A stretch of DNA of 64,000 nucleotides, from contig BOKR01000001.1 in assembly GCA_016861085.1 (NCBI GenBank), forward strand, positions 3,271 through 67,270, in the 5' to 3' direction. This DNA is from Patescibacteria group bacterium (GTDB taxonomy: Bacteria; Patescibacteriota; Microgenomatia; UBA1400; PJMF01). The position numbers were made by a program, and so were the translations under genes. Below, piece by piece: positions 38,408 through 48,676 of this stretch (positions are counted from its first letter, which is position 1; each line of letters begins with the position of its first letter). Below the pieces are notes generated by a model that made no database searches, was not told where the DNA came from, and saw nothing but the letters and a program-made list of their open reading frames with translations.

Positions 38408-39559
38408 ATGATGGAACAGAAAAAAACAAAAAAAGCACCGGCAAACAAACGACTTAAGGCAAAAAAGCCAAAAGATCGAACAGAGCTAAACTCAATTTTT
38501 TTAGCTACACACTTTGTGCGCCCTGATGAAGTTCCATTTTGGGAATTTCTTAAACAGAATAATATTCAATATAATAAAAAACATTTTCCATTCTTAACAC
38601 ACAACACTGTACCGAAAATAAAGCCAGTTTTTGATTTTGAAGAGTACGTGCAGATTGGATCCCGTGGTGAGGCGCTTTCATACCTATACAATGGCTTTGG
38701 GAAAGCATTAAATTATGTGGGCCCAGTGCTCGATCTTGAACTTGAGCACGGGTTCAATGATCACACTGATAGACATACTTTGTGGGTGACCCAAACTGGT
38801 GTTGAACTGCTGCAGCGTGCCGGTATTTCATACGATGGTTTTGGTCATTATGATCCGCTGACAGAAACAATGATGACTTTAGTCGGAATGACACACGATT
38901 TAGGCAATTTTTTCTCAAGAAAAGAGCATTCAACATACAGCGCCTGGTTGCTAACAAGACTTTTTACCAATACAAAAAGAAAACCAAAAGAATTTGAGAC
39001 AGCCTTACACGCAATTTTGTTCCATGAAGAGCCAACCTTACTTGATTTGAATATGAATATTGCAGAGGGAACACCACTACAGTGGGCATTGGTTGCAGCA
39101 GACAAGATGCATGTTGGTAGAGACAGGGTAGGGGGTCGTTCGTTTGAAAATGGTATCGCTAAAGGTGCGCTTGAAGACGATATTCATATTGTACTCAATG
39201 CACTGATTGTTCGCTCGAGTTGGCACTTGGGTGTTAGAAAGTTTGTTTGGAATTTGGATTTTAGTGTAGACCAGCTAGAGGAAAAATTTGAGAGCTTTAC
39301 TACTGGGAACCAGCGATTGTATTTGCCAAAGTTCTTTCAAAACATGTTTATTGGGAAAGGTACGCTATATCGTGAGTCGTTTGCAAAACTATTTAATGAT
39401 ATTTATGCAAATCGTATGAAAATGGCAGCAAAGTGCGTTTTTTTGCTATTTCCTCATATCTCTGAATTTATTGTTGAGTTGTCTGACAATGATACGCGGG
39501 CAAAAGTTGGTAGTGGAAGAATGACAGTATTGCAACTAACTAGAAAACAAGTAGGTTAG
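38408..39559 (+). CDS. HD-domain phosphohydrolase
   Basis: H..RH, MTHDLG, ILFHEE, ALVAADK metal-binding pattern. Confidence 0.75.
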   Translation: MMEQKKTKKAPANKRLKAKKPKDRTELNSIFLATHFVRPDEVPFWEFLKQNNIQYNKKHFPFLTHNTVPKIKPVFDFEEYVQIGSRGEALSYLYNGFGKALNYVGPVLDLELEHGFNDHTDRHTLWVTQTGVELLQRAGISYDGFGHYDPLTETMMTLVGMTHDLGNFFSRKEHSTYSAWLLTRLFTNTKRKPKEFETALHAILFHEEPTLLDLNMNIAEGTPLQWALVAADKMHVGRDRVGGRSFENGIAKGALEDDIHIVLNALIVRSSWHLGVRKFVWNLDFSVDQLEEKFESFTTGNQRLYLPKFFQNMFIGKGTLYRESFAKLFNDIYANRMKMAAKCVFLLFPHISEFIVELSDNDTRAKVGSGRMTVLQLTRKQVG

Positions 39560-41436
39560 CTAATCTGCAAAATACCGTGTAAGACAGTAGCAGCGCTGGC
39601 TAAGGTAGCAAAACTTCCTCTTTCTCCAAGCGATGTAACCAATGTTTCGCCGTGAGATTGCTCTACTTTAGTTGGAGGAACTTTTGTATTGTCAGAGGTG
39701 TAGTAACAGACTATTGGTATTATGCCAATATCTTTGCAGGCAAGGTGTAAATGATGAGATTCCATATCTAAAAGGATTCTTATCTTCTTGGGATTGATAA
39801 CTTCTCCACGATCGTTTCGTACAAGGATTTCACGATTTGCTAATTTTTCTCTAATAAACTTGATATCTTCTATTGATTGTAAGAGAACACCGTTTACTTG
39901 TAGGATGACTTCAGTTTCATCTCCAGCTGGAATGATAGCTACATCCTCTGGAATTAAGCGATTTAAAAATGTTTCACCTTTCGCGTCTGGACTATTGGCT
40001 ACAGTATTTTCTGGGAGTACAATTCTTCCAACTTTGACACCACTACGAGCACCATCATCAAGATAGTCGATAGTCGCACCAACTTTTCCAAAAAAACCAA
40101 TTGATTCAGTGCCCATAACGGCTTTAAGAGACTTTACTAAGCCATATGTATTGTCACCAAGTGGATAACAAAAGTTCAACATTGTAAAATTTCGATTTTT
40201 AGCGTCTTGGAGTATGTTTCTAATTGACTCTTCTGGTATATGATCAATATTTGCTTGGTCAAGGTTGCCAAAGTTGTAATGGTCAATCGGATCTGCAAGT
40301 GTTGTTTCGTCTGCAGAAAATAACGGGGTCTTCAAACTATTGATAACGCGCGCAAGTTCTTCTTTAAGTGCCAAATACAGTTTATTTTCACCAGAGTAGC
40401 GATTAAGGTATTGTAAATATCCAAATCTCCTGACTAACTCTTGTTGCTCGGGTGTTAACTTTTCGGGTTTAATAGTTCCATTGAGTGCTTCAAGTGGATC
40501 TTTAATGTTTTTATCTGATTGTAGAATATCCATTTCTTCTTGTGAGAAAATACCAATAGCAGCTAGAATTGGCAATGCGAATTCATTTCCCAATATTGCT
40601 GCTTGTGGTGTAGAGAGTCTCTTTTCTGCCAATCTTTCTTTTATTTGTTCAACAACTTTATAGTGAGTGGTTGTTTCTAGTTTAGGAGCAGTTTGGTAAT
40701 CTCTGAGTCCATATTGACTGGAACGTATAGTAATTCCCTTTTGTGATGCCCATTGTTTTATTTCTTTTAGATCCCAAGCTTTTTTTGTAGTTTTTTCTAG
40801 GGCTCTACGATATACCATGGCATTTTTGTCTTGCTTCTTGGTTGACTTCATTCGTTTTCTTGCCAGTTCTATGACACAAATCAATGACAAAATTTCTAAG
40901 GCATCAGTTGATGGTTGCAAGGTATCTGTTCTTCGAACAAAGAACGTGAATTTACTCAAGCCATTTGGTAATTCCTCGATTGAATAGAGCCGTCCTCTTG
41001 CATCAGCACGTTTTACCTTGTTATTTGGTAAATTCATGAAATATTCTTCATCATCGGTAAAGAAAACATCTGCATTTGACAGTTTGATTACATCTTCTTT
41101 ACTTACCAAACGTAACACTGCGTATGAAAATTCACCAGCAAGGTCTTCATTTGTTCTTTTTAGATTCGTCCATTCTTCTGAGTGAAGAGCATGATGTTGG
41201 GCATCTATATCATGCAGCAGAAGGCTATTGGCATAGTGTCTATAAATAAGTGCTAGTTGTCTTGCGTCAAAGGATGCGTCAGGGTTTTGGGCCAACTTTT
41301 CAAGCATGGCCTTGAAGATTAGTTCTCTTCGATGTGTTTGTGTTATTTCAGGGCTCGCTAATCCTTCCTCGAGTTCTTTGCCAAGTCCTTCAGGGATGTA
41401 TGGAGCTGGAGTTTCGTGAAGGTGTTTTTGAATCAT
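39556..41436 (-). CDS. Hypothetical protein with C-terminal nucleoside-phosphorylase/nucleosidase-like domain
   Basis: FFGKVGA, LLDMES and YYTSDN resemble PNP_UDP_1 fold motifs. Confidence 0.5.
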   Translation of the reverse strand: MIQKHLHETPAPYIPEGLGKELEEGLASPEITQTHRRELIFKAMLEKLAQNPDASFDARQLALIYRHYANSLLLHDIDAQHHALHSEEWTNLKRTNEDLAGEFSYAVLRLVSKEDVIKLSNADVFFTDDEEYFMNLPNNKVKRADARGRLYSIEELPNGLSKFTFFVRRTDTLQPSTDALEILSLICVIELARKRMKSTKKQDKNAMVYRRALEKTTKKAWDLKEIKQWASQKGITIRSSQYGLRDYQTAPKLETTTHYKVVEQIKERLAEKRLSTPQAAILGNEFALPILAAIGIFSQEEMDILQSDKNIKDPLEALNGTIKPEKLTPEQQELVRRFGYLQYLNRYSGENKLYLALKEELARVINSLKTPLFSADETTLADPIDHYNFGNLDQANIDHIPEESIRNILQDAKNRNFTMLNFCYPLGDNTYGLVKSLKAVMGTESIGFFGKVGATIDYLDDGARSGVKVGRIVLPENTVANSPDAKGETFLNRLIPEDVAIIPAGDETEVILQVNGVLLQSIEDIKFIREKLANREILVRNDRGEVINPKKIRILLDMESHHLHLACKDIGIIPIVCYYTSDNTKVPPTKVEQSHGETLVTSLGERGSFATLASAATVLHGILQIS

Positions 41437-41479
41437 GTATTTAATACATATTTAATGTGTATTAATGTATTATATAACA

Positions 41480-42829
41480 TCATTTTTTCAATTCAAGTGC
41501 ATAGAGATTTTGCGGTGTTTCTGGACTAAAGGTAGTTAAGATGACGAGCCTATCTCCATTTGGCCAAGGGTACACGAAGTTTTCAGCAAATGGTCCAGAA
41601 TAGAGAGTTGTTTGATTTGTAGTGTCATATTCCATGATTTTAATAGAGTTATTTTCAACGAAAATCAAATGTTTTGAGTCCGGAAACCACTGCAGTGTAT
41701 CTGTGAAGGCACTAGAATGGTAAATGTTAAAGTTACTTGCTGTTTGAGCACTTGCTGTGGCTTGCAAAGTTTGAAAGGCGCTTGGTGAAGCAGAGATTAA
41801 TGGAGAGTTTTTATCTAATATGTCTTGTGCTAAAAGCCTCTTACTCCCAACTTGCGCACTTCCTGTTGCCTCTGTTCCAACTCTAAAGTTGCGGTCTTCT
41901 TCGCCATCATAAACGTATATTCCTCCAACAGAGAGCTGTCTTTCTTCTGGTTGTGTATTACTAGCTGGGATAGGGGGTATCAAACCTTCTGGAATAGTAA
42001 CTGCAGCAGTGGCTGTGTAGAGAATTCTTTTTTTGTCTGGGGAGATATACACATTTTTGGCGCTGTTTGTAGCAATCTCAATGATTTCTGGTGGAAATTT
42101 GGAGTAATTTTCTCGTTCTCTTAGATACATTTCTTGTTCCCATTCAGATAAAATTTGCTTTTTCCTGAAGGAAATATCTGTAAGTGAGTCAAGAGAATTG
42201 AGCTTTTTAATGTCGAGAAGAATCTCTCTATCTTCAGCGATGAGTATTACTTCACTACTATCTGGTGCCCAGATAAATCTTGCAGTATTTAAGTCAAAAT
42301 TGAGTGATTCATCACTAATCTGAATCGGCTCCCTTTGAAACGAAAATGCATTGTTAAACAGTTCAAGCAGATATAAACCGTTTTTTCTTTCACTGGTATT
42401 TGAATCTGAGTAGAAAATAATTTTTTGACCGTCTGGTGATGGGGATAAGTTACGGGCTCCATTAAATGTAAGCGTTGTCAAGCTTGGAGCCTTCGGGAAG
42501 AGTGTAGCGTTTGTTTGTACTACGAGTTCTTTCTCGATTTTAATTCTTTTTTTCCATGGGTTGTAGCCATTTTTGATAATTTCAATTTCGTATTCTCCGG
42601 GCTCAAGATACATGGTATCATCAGTAACCGTAATAAGTTTGCCATCAATTAGCACTTCGGCAGCAGTTGGGAAGGAGTTGGCTGATAGTAGTCCAGTTCC
42701 CTGAACAAAACCCTTGTCAGTTAACCTGAAATTTCCCTTGGCATACTGAATAGCGATTGCTGTTCCAATGAGAATGAAAAAAGCCGAGATAAATGTATAC
42801 AAAAACCGTTTGTTGACCTTAGTCTTCAT
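41480..42829 (-). CDS. PEGA domain and TolB-like propeller protein
   Basis: N-terminal TM, SFPTAAEVLIDG..LEPGEYEIEIIKNGYNPW, SPDG/WAPDS/SPDK/WFPDS repeats. Confidence 0.85.
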   Translation of the reverse strand: MKTKVNKRFLYTFISAFFILIGTAIAIQYAKGNFRLTDKGFVQGTGLLSANSFPTAAEVLIDGKLITVTDDTMYLEPGEYEIEIIKNGYNPWKKRIKIEKELVVQTNATLFPKAPSLTTLTFNGARNLSPSPDGQKIIFYSDSNTSERKNGLYLLELFNNAFSFQREPIQISDESLNFDLNTARFIWAPDSSEVILIAEDREILLDIKKLNSLDSLTDISFRKKQILSEWEQEMYLRERENYSKFPPEIIEIATNSAKNVYISPDKKRILYTATAAVTIPEGLIPPIPASNTQPEERQLSVGGIYVYDGEEDRNFRVGTEATGSAQVGSKRLLAQDILDKNSPLISASPSAFQTLQATASAQTASNFNIYHSSAFTDTLQWFPDSKHLIFVENNSIKIMEYDTTNQTTLYSGPFAENFVYPWPNGDRLVILTTFSPETPQNLYALELKK

Positions 42830-42851
42830 ACAGGTATTATAGACTCAGAAG

Positions 42852-43877
42852 ATGAAAATTCCTATCGTAGAAAAACTCAATAAGAAAATAGGTATAGACA
42901 TAGGAAGTTCTCGTACCAGAATTTGGGTTTCTGGTGCTGGAATTTTGATCAATGAAGCAACTTGCATCGCGTTTGATAAAACGAATAAGAGTGTCTTGGC
43001 AGTTGGTGATGAAGCCTATCAAATGGACGGAAGAGTAGGGAGTAACATCGTTGTAGCATATCCAGTTAAAGATGGAAAAGTGTACGACATGGTAGCTCTG
43101 ACCGCACTGCTTAAAATCCTCATTCACCAAGCAGCAGGTTCAATTACATTTTACAACCCAATTATCATGGCTAGTGTCCCTGCACGAGCTACACAGGCCG
43201 ACAAAGAAATTGTAACGCAGGTTTTATCTTCACTTGGTGCTGGTGAAACATACACAATTTCTCAGCCCTTGGCAGCGAGTATTGGTGCGGGAGTGCCAAT
43301 TGCTGATGCCTCTGGTAGTTTTTTGTTGCATATGGGGGCAGGGGTTGTCGAGGGTGTCGTTATTTCACTTGGCAGTATTATTGTTTCACAGTCAAATGAA
43401 TATGCAGGAGAATACTTTAGCAATAGCATTCGTACTTTTGCTCTTAAAAATTTAGATCTTAAAATTAGTAAAAGGACGGCTAGCAGTCTAAAAAAAGAAG
43501 TAGTCTCTGTTGAGTTTAACTCAGAACGAGAAAAACTGGTTGCAGGACAAGATACTATTAACGAGAATCCAAAAGAGTTGTTAATAAGAAGCAAAGAGCT
43601 TTCAAATCATACGCTAGCTTATTTAGAAAAGGTAGAAAATCTAGTAGTGAAGCTGCTATCTCAAGTTCCTCCAGAATTAGCAGTTGATGTCATTGATAAA
43701 GGACTATTGCTTACTGGTGGCTCAGCCAAGTTGCATGGTATTGAGATATTTTTTGTTGAGAAATTGGGAATTCCGGTTTGTGTCGTAGATAACTCAGAGA
43801 CAGCTGTAGTTGAGGGTATTGGCCAGGCTTTGGAAAACTTGGATTTGTTTAGAAGGAGTCTGGGGCATCAGGAGTAG
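42852..43877 (+). CDS. mreB: Rod-shape protein MreB/Mbl-like
   Basis: IGIDIGS, PLAASIGAGVPI, PPELAVDVIDKGLLLTGGSAKL. Confidence 0.88.
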   Translation: MKIPIVEKLNKKIGIDIGSSRTRIWVSGAGILINEATCIAFDKTNKSVLAVGDEAYQMDGRVGSNIVVAYPVKDGKVYDMVALTALLKILIHQAAGSITFYNPIIMASVPARATQADKEIVTQVLSSLGAGETYTISQPLAASIGAGVPIADASGSFLLHMGAGVVEGVVISLGSIIVSQSNEYAGEYFSNSIRTFALKNLDLKISKRTASSLKKEVVSVEFNSEREKLVAGQDTINENPKELLIRSKELSNHTLAYLEKVENLVVKLLSQVPPELAVDVIDKGLLLTGGSAKLHGIEIFFVEKLGIPVCVVDNSETAVVEGIGQALENLDLFRRSLGHQE

Positions 43878-43887
43878 CTTTTTAAGC

Positions 43888-45330
43888 TTAAGCAAGACTA
43901 ACAAATTTTTTAAATTGGTTCCCACGATCTTGATAATTTTCAAACAAATTAAAACTGGCGCTTGCCGGACTCATTAATACGATGTCTCCAGGCTCTGCAG
44001 CTTCTTTCGCAATTCTAACTGCCTGTTGCATAGAAGTTACTTGAGTATAGGTGAGCTCGCCCATGTTATTTTCGAGTCTTTTTTTAACTTCATCAAGAAT
44101 AATCTCCCCCGTGTCTGGAAGTAAGATGAGGTGTTTGATCTGGTGATCAATGATTGTTTGGGCAAGGTCAGAGTAATCAAGACCTCTATCAAAACCTCCT
44201 GCAATTAAAATTATTGGGTTATTTTTAAAACTTTCGATAGCAGCAATCGTAGCAACTGGCGTAGTTGAGAGTGAGTCATTGTAGTAGGAAACCCCTTTTA
44301 TTTGTTCGACAAGTTCAAGGCGATGCGGCAAGGTTTTAAATGTTTGTAAGGCGTCTGCAATTACTTGATTTGGAATTGAGAAGTGTTTTGCGATGATAAC
44401 TGCAGGGAGCGCATTTGTGATGGTGTGGTGGCCAATGAGAAAAATTGTGTCTAGATCAACGATTTGTTCATTTTTATATGTAATCCAGTTGTTATTGACA
44501 TTGCGTTTATAACTAAAGGTAAGTTGATTGGCATCGGAGAGGTGAGCAATTTTTTTAGGTAAATATAATTCCGAATCAAAAATTGCAAAATCATTTTCAG
44601 ACTGAAACATACAAATTCGTGATTTTGCTTGAACATATTGATTAAAGCTTTCGTAGTAATCTAAGTGCTCTGGAGTTATGTCGAGAATAACAGCGTAGTT
44701 TGGGCTATGAGACATATCATTAAGTTGATGGCAAGATAATTCCAGAACTACAAATACTGGGTATTCAGTTGCATTATTCTCAGCTGCGTCAGAAATGGAT
44801 CCGACTAAAGAAAGGGGAGCAACCCCAATATTTCCGCCGAGAAAACTATGTGCTTTAGCTGATGAGAGAACATGGTGAATGATTGCTGTTGTTGTGCTTT
44901 TTCCTTTTGTCCCAGTCACTCCGATTGTGGTAATTTTTTTGTTTTCGTTATTGAGGTTGGCGTTTATAACATCTATTAAAGCGAAGAATAAGTCTGTATT
45001 TGAGGTAAAGTTGGCCTTTAATTTTTTTGCCTGTTTGATAAGTTTGTTATGAGGGGGGATTCCGGGAGTTTTAAAAATTATTATCCCAGATGTACTCAGT
45101 AATTCTTCGTGCTCAAGGTGTGTCGAAAATTCTACAGCGTGGTCGGAATTCTCAACTTTCTGCCAGGACTCACCAAGATCACTCAAGCTTTTTTCATCAA
45201 TAAGCCATAGTTTTGTGTCTGGTAAATAGGTACGCAGAAATTCATACGTAGAAATTCCTTCGCGTCCAAGTCCAAGGATAACGATGTGTTTGTCTGCTAG
45301 CTGGTTGATATAGTCATACAGTTGATGCAT
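43888..45330 (-). CDS. murD: UDP-MurNAc-L-Ala--glutamate ligase (probably MurD2 type)
   Basis: GVTGTKGKSTT, GGNIG, LELS, EHLDYY, LPHRLE, YNDSLST, SPASASF..F..RG. Overlaps murL. Confidence 0.92.
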   Translation of the reverse strand: MHQLYDYINQLADKHIVILGLGREGISTYEFLRTYLPDTKLWLIDEKSLSDLGESWQKVENSDHAVEFSTHLEHEELLSTSGIIIFKTPGIPPHNKLIKQAKKLKANFTSNTDLFFALIDVINANLNNENKKITTIGVTGTKGKSTTTAIIHHVLSSAKAHSFLGGNIGVAPLSLVGSISDAAENNATEYPVFVVLELSCHQLNDMSHSPNYAVILDITPEHLDYYESFNQYVQAKSRICMFQSENDFAIFDSELYLPKKIAHLSDANQLTFSYKRNVNNNWITYKNEQIVDLDTIFLIGHHTITNALPAVIIAKHFSIPNQVIADALQTFKTLPHRLELVEQIKGVSYYNDSLSTTPVATIAAIESFKNNPIILIAGGFDRGLDYSDLAQTIIDHQIKHLILLPDTGEIILDEVKKRLENNMGELTYTQVTSMQQAVRIAKEAAEPGDIVLMSPASASFNLFENYQDRGNQFKKFVSLA

Positions 45331-46753
45331 ATGTTGTGACTGCTTGTTTTAATATAGTTGCAAAGGCTTCTGGTAGTGAATTTTCTGAGTTCCAGTCGCT
45401 GAGGATAACTTGTGCTCTTTCTTTGTAATCCGTCATTCCATCTGGACCTGTTTTTAATTTTACATTGGTCTCAAGTTCATGGGAAACTTTTTCAAGCAAA
45501 ACTGGCATCTTTAGAGAGTGTTTGGTACAGTGATTCACACTCAAGTGAAAGGCAGCAATGGTTTCTTCGTGGGTTCCAACACAATCAAATGGTTTGGCAC
45601 TACTGAGTCCAAGTAGTTCTTGAGCAATAGGCCAAAGGTGTTCATTTTCAAACAGATTGCTACCAAAATATGCTGTTAACTTTTCTGGTCCTAAGAATGG
45701 AAAGAGTATTGTCCAGGCAAAGAGGCATTTGGAACAATTGCCACACCAAATATTTCGTTTTTGCCCACGATTACAACTTCTAAAGACTGGATGATGATCT
45801 GGAAATTGAGCAAATATTCGCGCGATTTGCAGCTCATAGAGTGGGCGCATGAAGGAAAAATAGAGGGGAGCACTGTTGGGCAAAAAGTGGGTGACATACT
45901 CCTGTAAATCGCGTTCAAACTCATAGCTTTTTGAGTATTGATGATTAACTTCTTGATCACAATACCAGACGTTCCCTTCGTTTGAACTTCGTTCATTGCT
46001 AATGGCAACGTAACCATAGCCAAATAAGTCAGCAGTTAGAAGACTTAAAAAAGCTAGGTAGGCGCTAATTGGCACATGTCCATTAAGGTAGCCACTCTCG
46101 TTTAACTCAAATATTTTAGGGTCTAGAACGCGTGTTATCGCAATCTGTCTCTCTTGAGGAATTCTACTTACTTGAATGATATTTTGTGCGGCTTTTGGCG
46201 CGCTGACGGTAAATGTTCCAACTTCAAAGTGGTTTTTTAATAATTCAAGAGTAACTGATGAATCTTTTCCTCCACCAACTGGGACGAGGACTTTTCGTTT
46301 GATTTCAAGATCTGGCGATTGTATTTGGCTTGTACTGTGTTCTTTCTTTGATTCGGCTGTAAAGGTGACAAAGTTTTCGACGGAGAAATCGATGTTATTC
46401 AGATAGAAGAATTCACCCATACCCTTAAAAAGAAGCTTCTGCCAGAACTTAATTGCCTCTGGAGAAAGATTGCCTGCTGCGACGATAATCTTTGGTGAAG
46501 CAGTAGCTTTCCAGTAGCTGTACAACTCTGACATGCCAAGGTTGAAAGCGTATGTATCTACGGCATCCTTTCCAAGGCGGTCGATCATTTCTTGAGAAAC
46601 GTTATGAATTGTGACACTTGGGTCAAATGTAATATCGGGGCTAATGTGGTACTGAAACGTAATTTTCAAGTCACGGCCGTCTAGTAGCTCCCATGAATAA
46701 CCATGGTAAGTAAAGGTTGTATGTGTGGCTCGTAGTTGATTTGCGTCTGCCAT
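45314..46753 (-). CDS. murL: UDP-MurNAc-L-Ala-L-Glu epimerase MurL-like
   Basis: SYWKA, VPVGGGKDS, YLNGHVP, SNERSS, VNHQYSKS, FRSCN, WCGNCSKC, KPFDCVG. Confidence 0.8.
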   Translation of the reverse strand: MADANQLRATHTTFTYHGYSWELLDGRDLKITFQYHISPDITFDPSVTIHNVSQEMIDRLGKDAVDTYAFNLGMSELYSYWKATASPKIIVAAGNLSPEAIKFWQKLLFKGMGEFFYLNNIDFSVENFVTFTAESKKEHSTSQIQSPDLEIKRKVLVPVGGGKDSSVTLELLKNHFEVGTFTVSAPKAAQNIIQVSRIPQERQIAITRVLDPKIFELNESGYLNGHVPISAYLAFLSLLTADLFGYGYVAISNERSSNEGNVWYCDQEVNHQYSKSYEFERDLQEYVTHFLPNSAPLYFSFMRPLYELQIARIFAQFPDHHPVFRSCNRGQKRNIWCGNCSKCLFAWTILFPFLGPEKLTAYFGSNLFENEHLWPIAQELLGLSSAKPFDCVGTHEETIAAFHLSVNHCTKHSLKMPVLLEKVSHELETNVKLKTGPDGMTDYKERAQVILSDWNSENSLPEAFATILKQAVTTYASTV

Positions 46754-47231
46754 GATATACCAAGTAGTGTATCGTATTTTTTGTCAATTTGATAGATTTG
46801 CTCTATTCTGAGTATTTGTTCGGGTGATAAGTACAGAAGTACAACAAAAAATAATATTTCTGCTGATTGTAGATAAAAATATGTTATTGCTCTAGACAAA
46901 AGGTACTCAAAGTGCCGTTTTTTACGATGTATGTTTGGTAATTGAAGTATAAATGTGTCATTTTATGGCTGAATTGCTTCGGAAAATTGAGCAATAAATT
47001 TTGGATTGAGTAAAAATGCGAATTAATCACAAATATTTTTCAGGAATATTTTAAAGATATATTTTTGATTTTTTTTGCTGTAGTTTTATAAAGGGCAGAA
47101 TTGTGTTGAAAATTGCAAAAAAAATAGTCTGCATGACATGTCGTTATAATTTTGATACACTATATCATAATAGTGGCAGTATTCGGGACTATGCCTGGAT
47201 AAGAAATCAGAACTATTTTAACGCAAAAAAT

Positions 47232-48026
47232 ATGAAAAAGACCGATGGTGTAACAAATTTTCTAGGGTATAAAATTACAAGCATTCCGAAGGATCAACTG
47301 CTAAAAAATCTATTTTCTCAAGTAGACTCCGGTGAGAAGTTGAAAACTGTCTTTACACCCAACCCCGAGCAGTTAGTTTTGGCAAAGTCCTATAGTTGGT
47401 TCGAAAAATTTTTGGGTAAATCTGACATTTTACTTCCAGATGGCATGGGAATCGTTATAGGTTCTCAAATTTTATCTGCTTTTGGCAAAGGAGAACCGAT
47501 TTTACAGCGAATTGCAGGAGTTGATGTTGTGAGTGAATTGTTGGCAAACATGCCAAGGAAAACAATTCTTATCATTGGCGGAAGAAATTATTCTGGATGT
47601 GAGTATATGGATTGGAAGGTTGTTGGCCCTGGTAGTTCAAAGAAAACTAACAAGAAAAATAAAGTACTTTACTGGAATGAGGCATTTTTAAATGCTGTTC
47701 AACCAACTACCCAAGAAAAGAAACAGTTGGAATCGTATTGTGCTGCCATAAAGCCTGATATAGTTTTTGTGGCTCTTGGGGCTCCACAACAGGAAAAGTG
47801 GGTAATAGAAAATAAGGCATTTTTACAGTCGATCGGAGTTAAGTTGGTAATGGCTGTTGGTGGCTCGTTTGATATATTGTTCGGTAAAATTTCTAGAGCC
47901 CCAAAATGGATGCAGCAAATTGGTCTAGAGTGGTTATTCCGGCTTTATAAGGAGCCTTGGCGCTGGAGAAGACAAGTTAATTTACTCGTCTTTTTGAAAA
48001 TGGTTGTTCAGGAAGCGCTTACTTAA
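47232..48026 (+). CDS. WecB/TagA/CpsF family glycosyltransferase
   Basis: TPNPE, LPDGMGIV, RIAGVD, VALGAPQQEKW, VGGSFD, RAPKWMQQIGLEWLFRL. Confidence 0.92.
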   Translation: MKKTDGVTNFLGYKITSIPKDQLLKNLFSQVDSGEKLKTVFTPNPEQLVLAKSYSWFEKFLGKSDILLPDGMGIVIGSQILSAFGKGEPILQRIAGVDVVSELLANMPRKTILIIGGRNYSGCEYMDWKVVGPGSSKKTNKKNKVLYWNEAFLNAVQPTTQEKKQLESYCAAIKPDIVFVALGAPQQEKWVIENKAFLQSIGVKLVMAVGGSFDILFGKISRAPKWMQQIGLEWLFRLYKEPWRWRRQVNLLVFLKMVVQEALT

Positions 48027-48078
48027 GTACTCTGCATATTTTGTATCTATGACTTTTTTCAAAAAAGACTGGTCATAA

Positions 48079-48108
48079 GAAAAAAAATGGCCCTCAAGGA
48101 GGGCCATT
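48079..48108 (-). terminator. Terminator after the HTH gene
   Basis: AATGGCCCTC-AAG-GAGGGCCATT hairpin with an A-run on its left (U-tail on the minus strand). Confidence 0.75.
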
Positions 48109-48131
48109 CTGAGTCAATTTTCTAAGAAGAT

Positions 48132-48401
48132 CTACATTTCTTCGCCTGTTACTCCAAGTAACCAGAGTACTGCTTCTTTTTTATATCTTCTATCACCGCG
48201 AGAATTAATTCTAATCGCCGGGAGCTTGCCTCGTTTTCCCCATCTCTTAATGGTGAGGGGAGAAACGCGCAGTAAATCTGCAACTTCACGAACAGTGAGC
48301 AGGTCTGGCAAGTTCTTAATATCTAATCTACTTGCGTCATCAGCTCTGCCGGTTTTTTTATCTTCTTCTTGTACTGCAGTGGGCTGAACTTGATCGTTCA
48401 T
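48132..48401 (-). CDS. BldC/excisionase-like MerR-type HTH DNA-binding protein
   Basis: LLTVREVADLLRVSPLTIKRWGKRGKLPAIRINSRGDRRY. Confidence 0.85.
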   Translation of the reverse strand: MNDQVQPTAVQEEDKKTGRADDASRLDIKNLPDLLTVREVADLLRVSPLTIKRWGKRGKLPAIRINSRGDRRYKKEAVLWLLGVTGEEM

Positions 48402-48676
48402 ATGTGCTGTCCTTTATTCTCCTGTTTCCAGGAATAGTTTTTATACTGTTTTGTGCAGTTTGCTGGACTTAGTTAGTATAGTAATAAGCCAATAAAATGC
48501 AGTCTCACTAATAGTAAGTACAACTTACTGCTTAGCACATACCGGTGAAAAGTAGCTCAAAAGTAAGCTTTGCTATATACACAGTAGCAGAGTATTCTTA
48601 ATTGGGTCAATAGGGAATTTGAAAGCACTGTATTTAATGTGGTAAATACCCAAATTCACGATATACTTTGTGATAT

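Noticed and set aside
48402-48676. SAH/SAM riboswitch upstream of the kinase-ahcY operon
   Set aside because: No recognisable aptamer consensus by eye. The region looks like divergent promoters.
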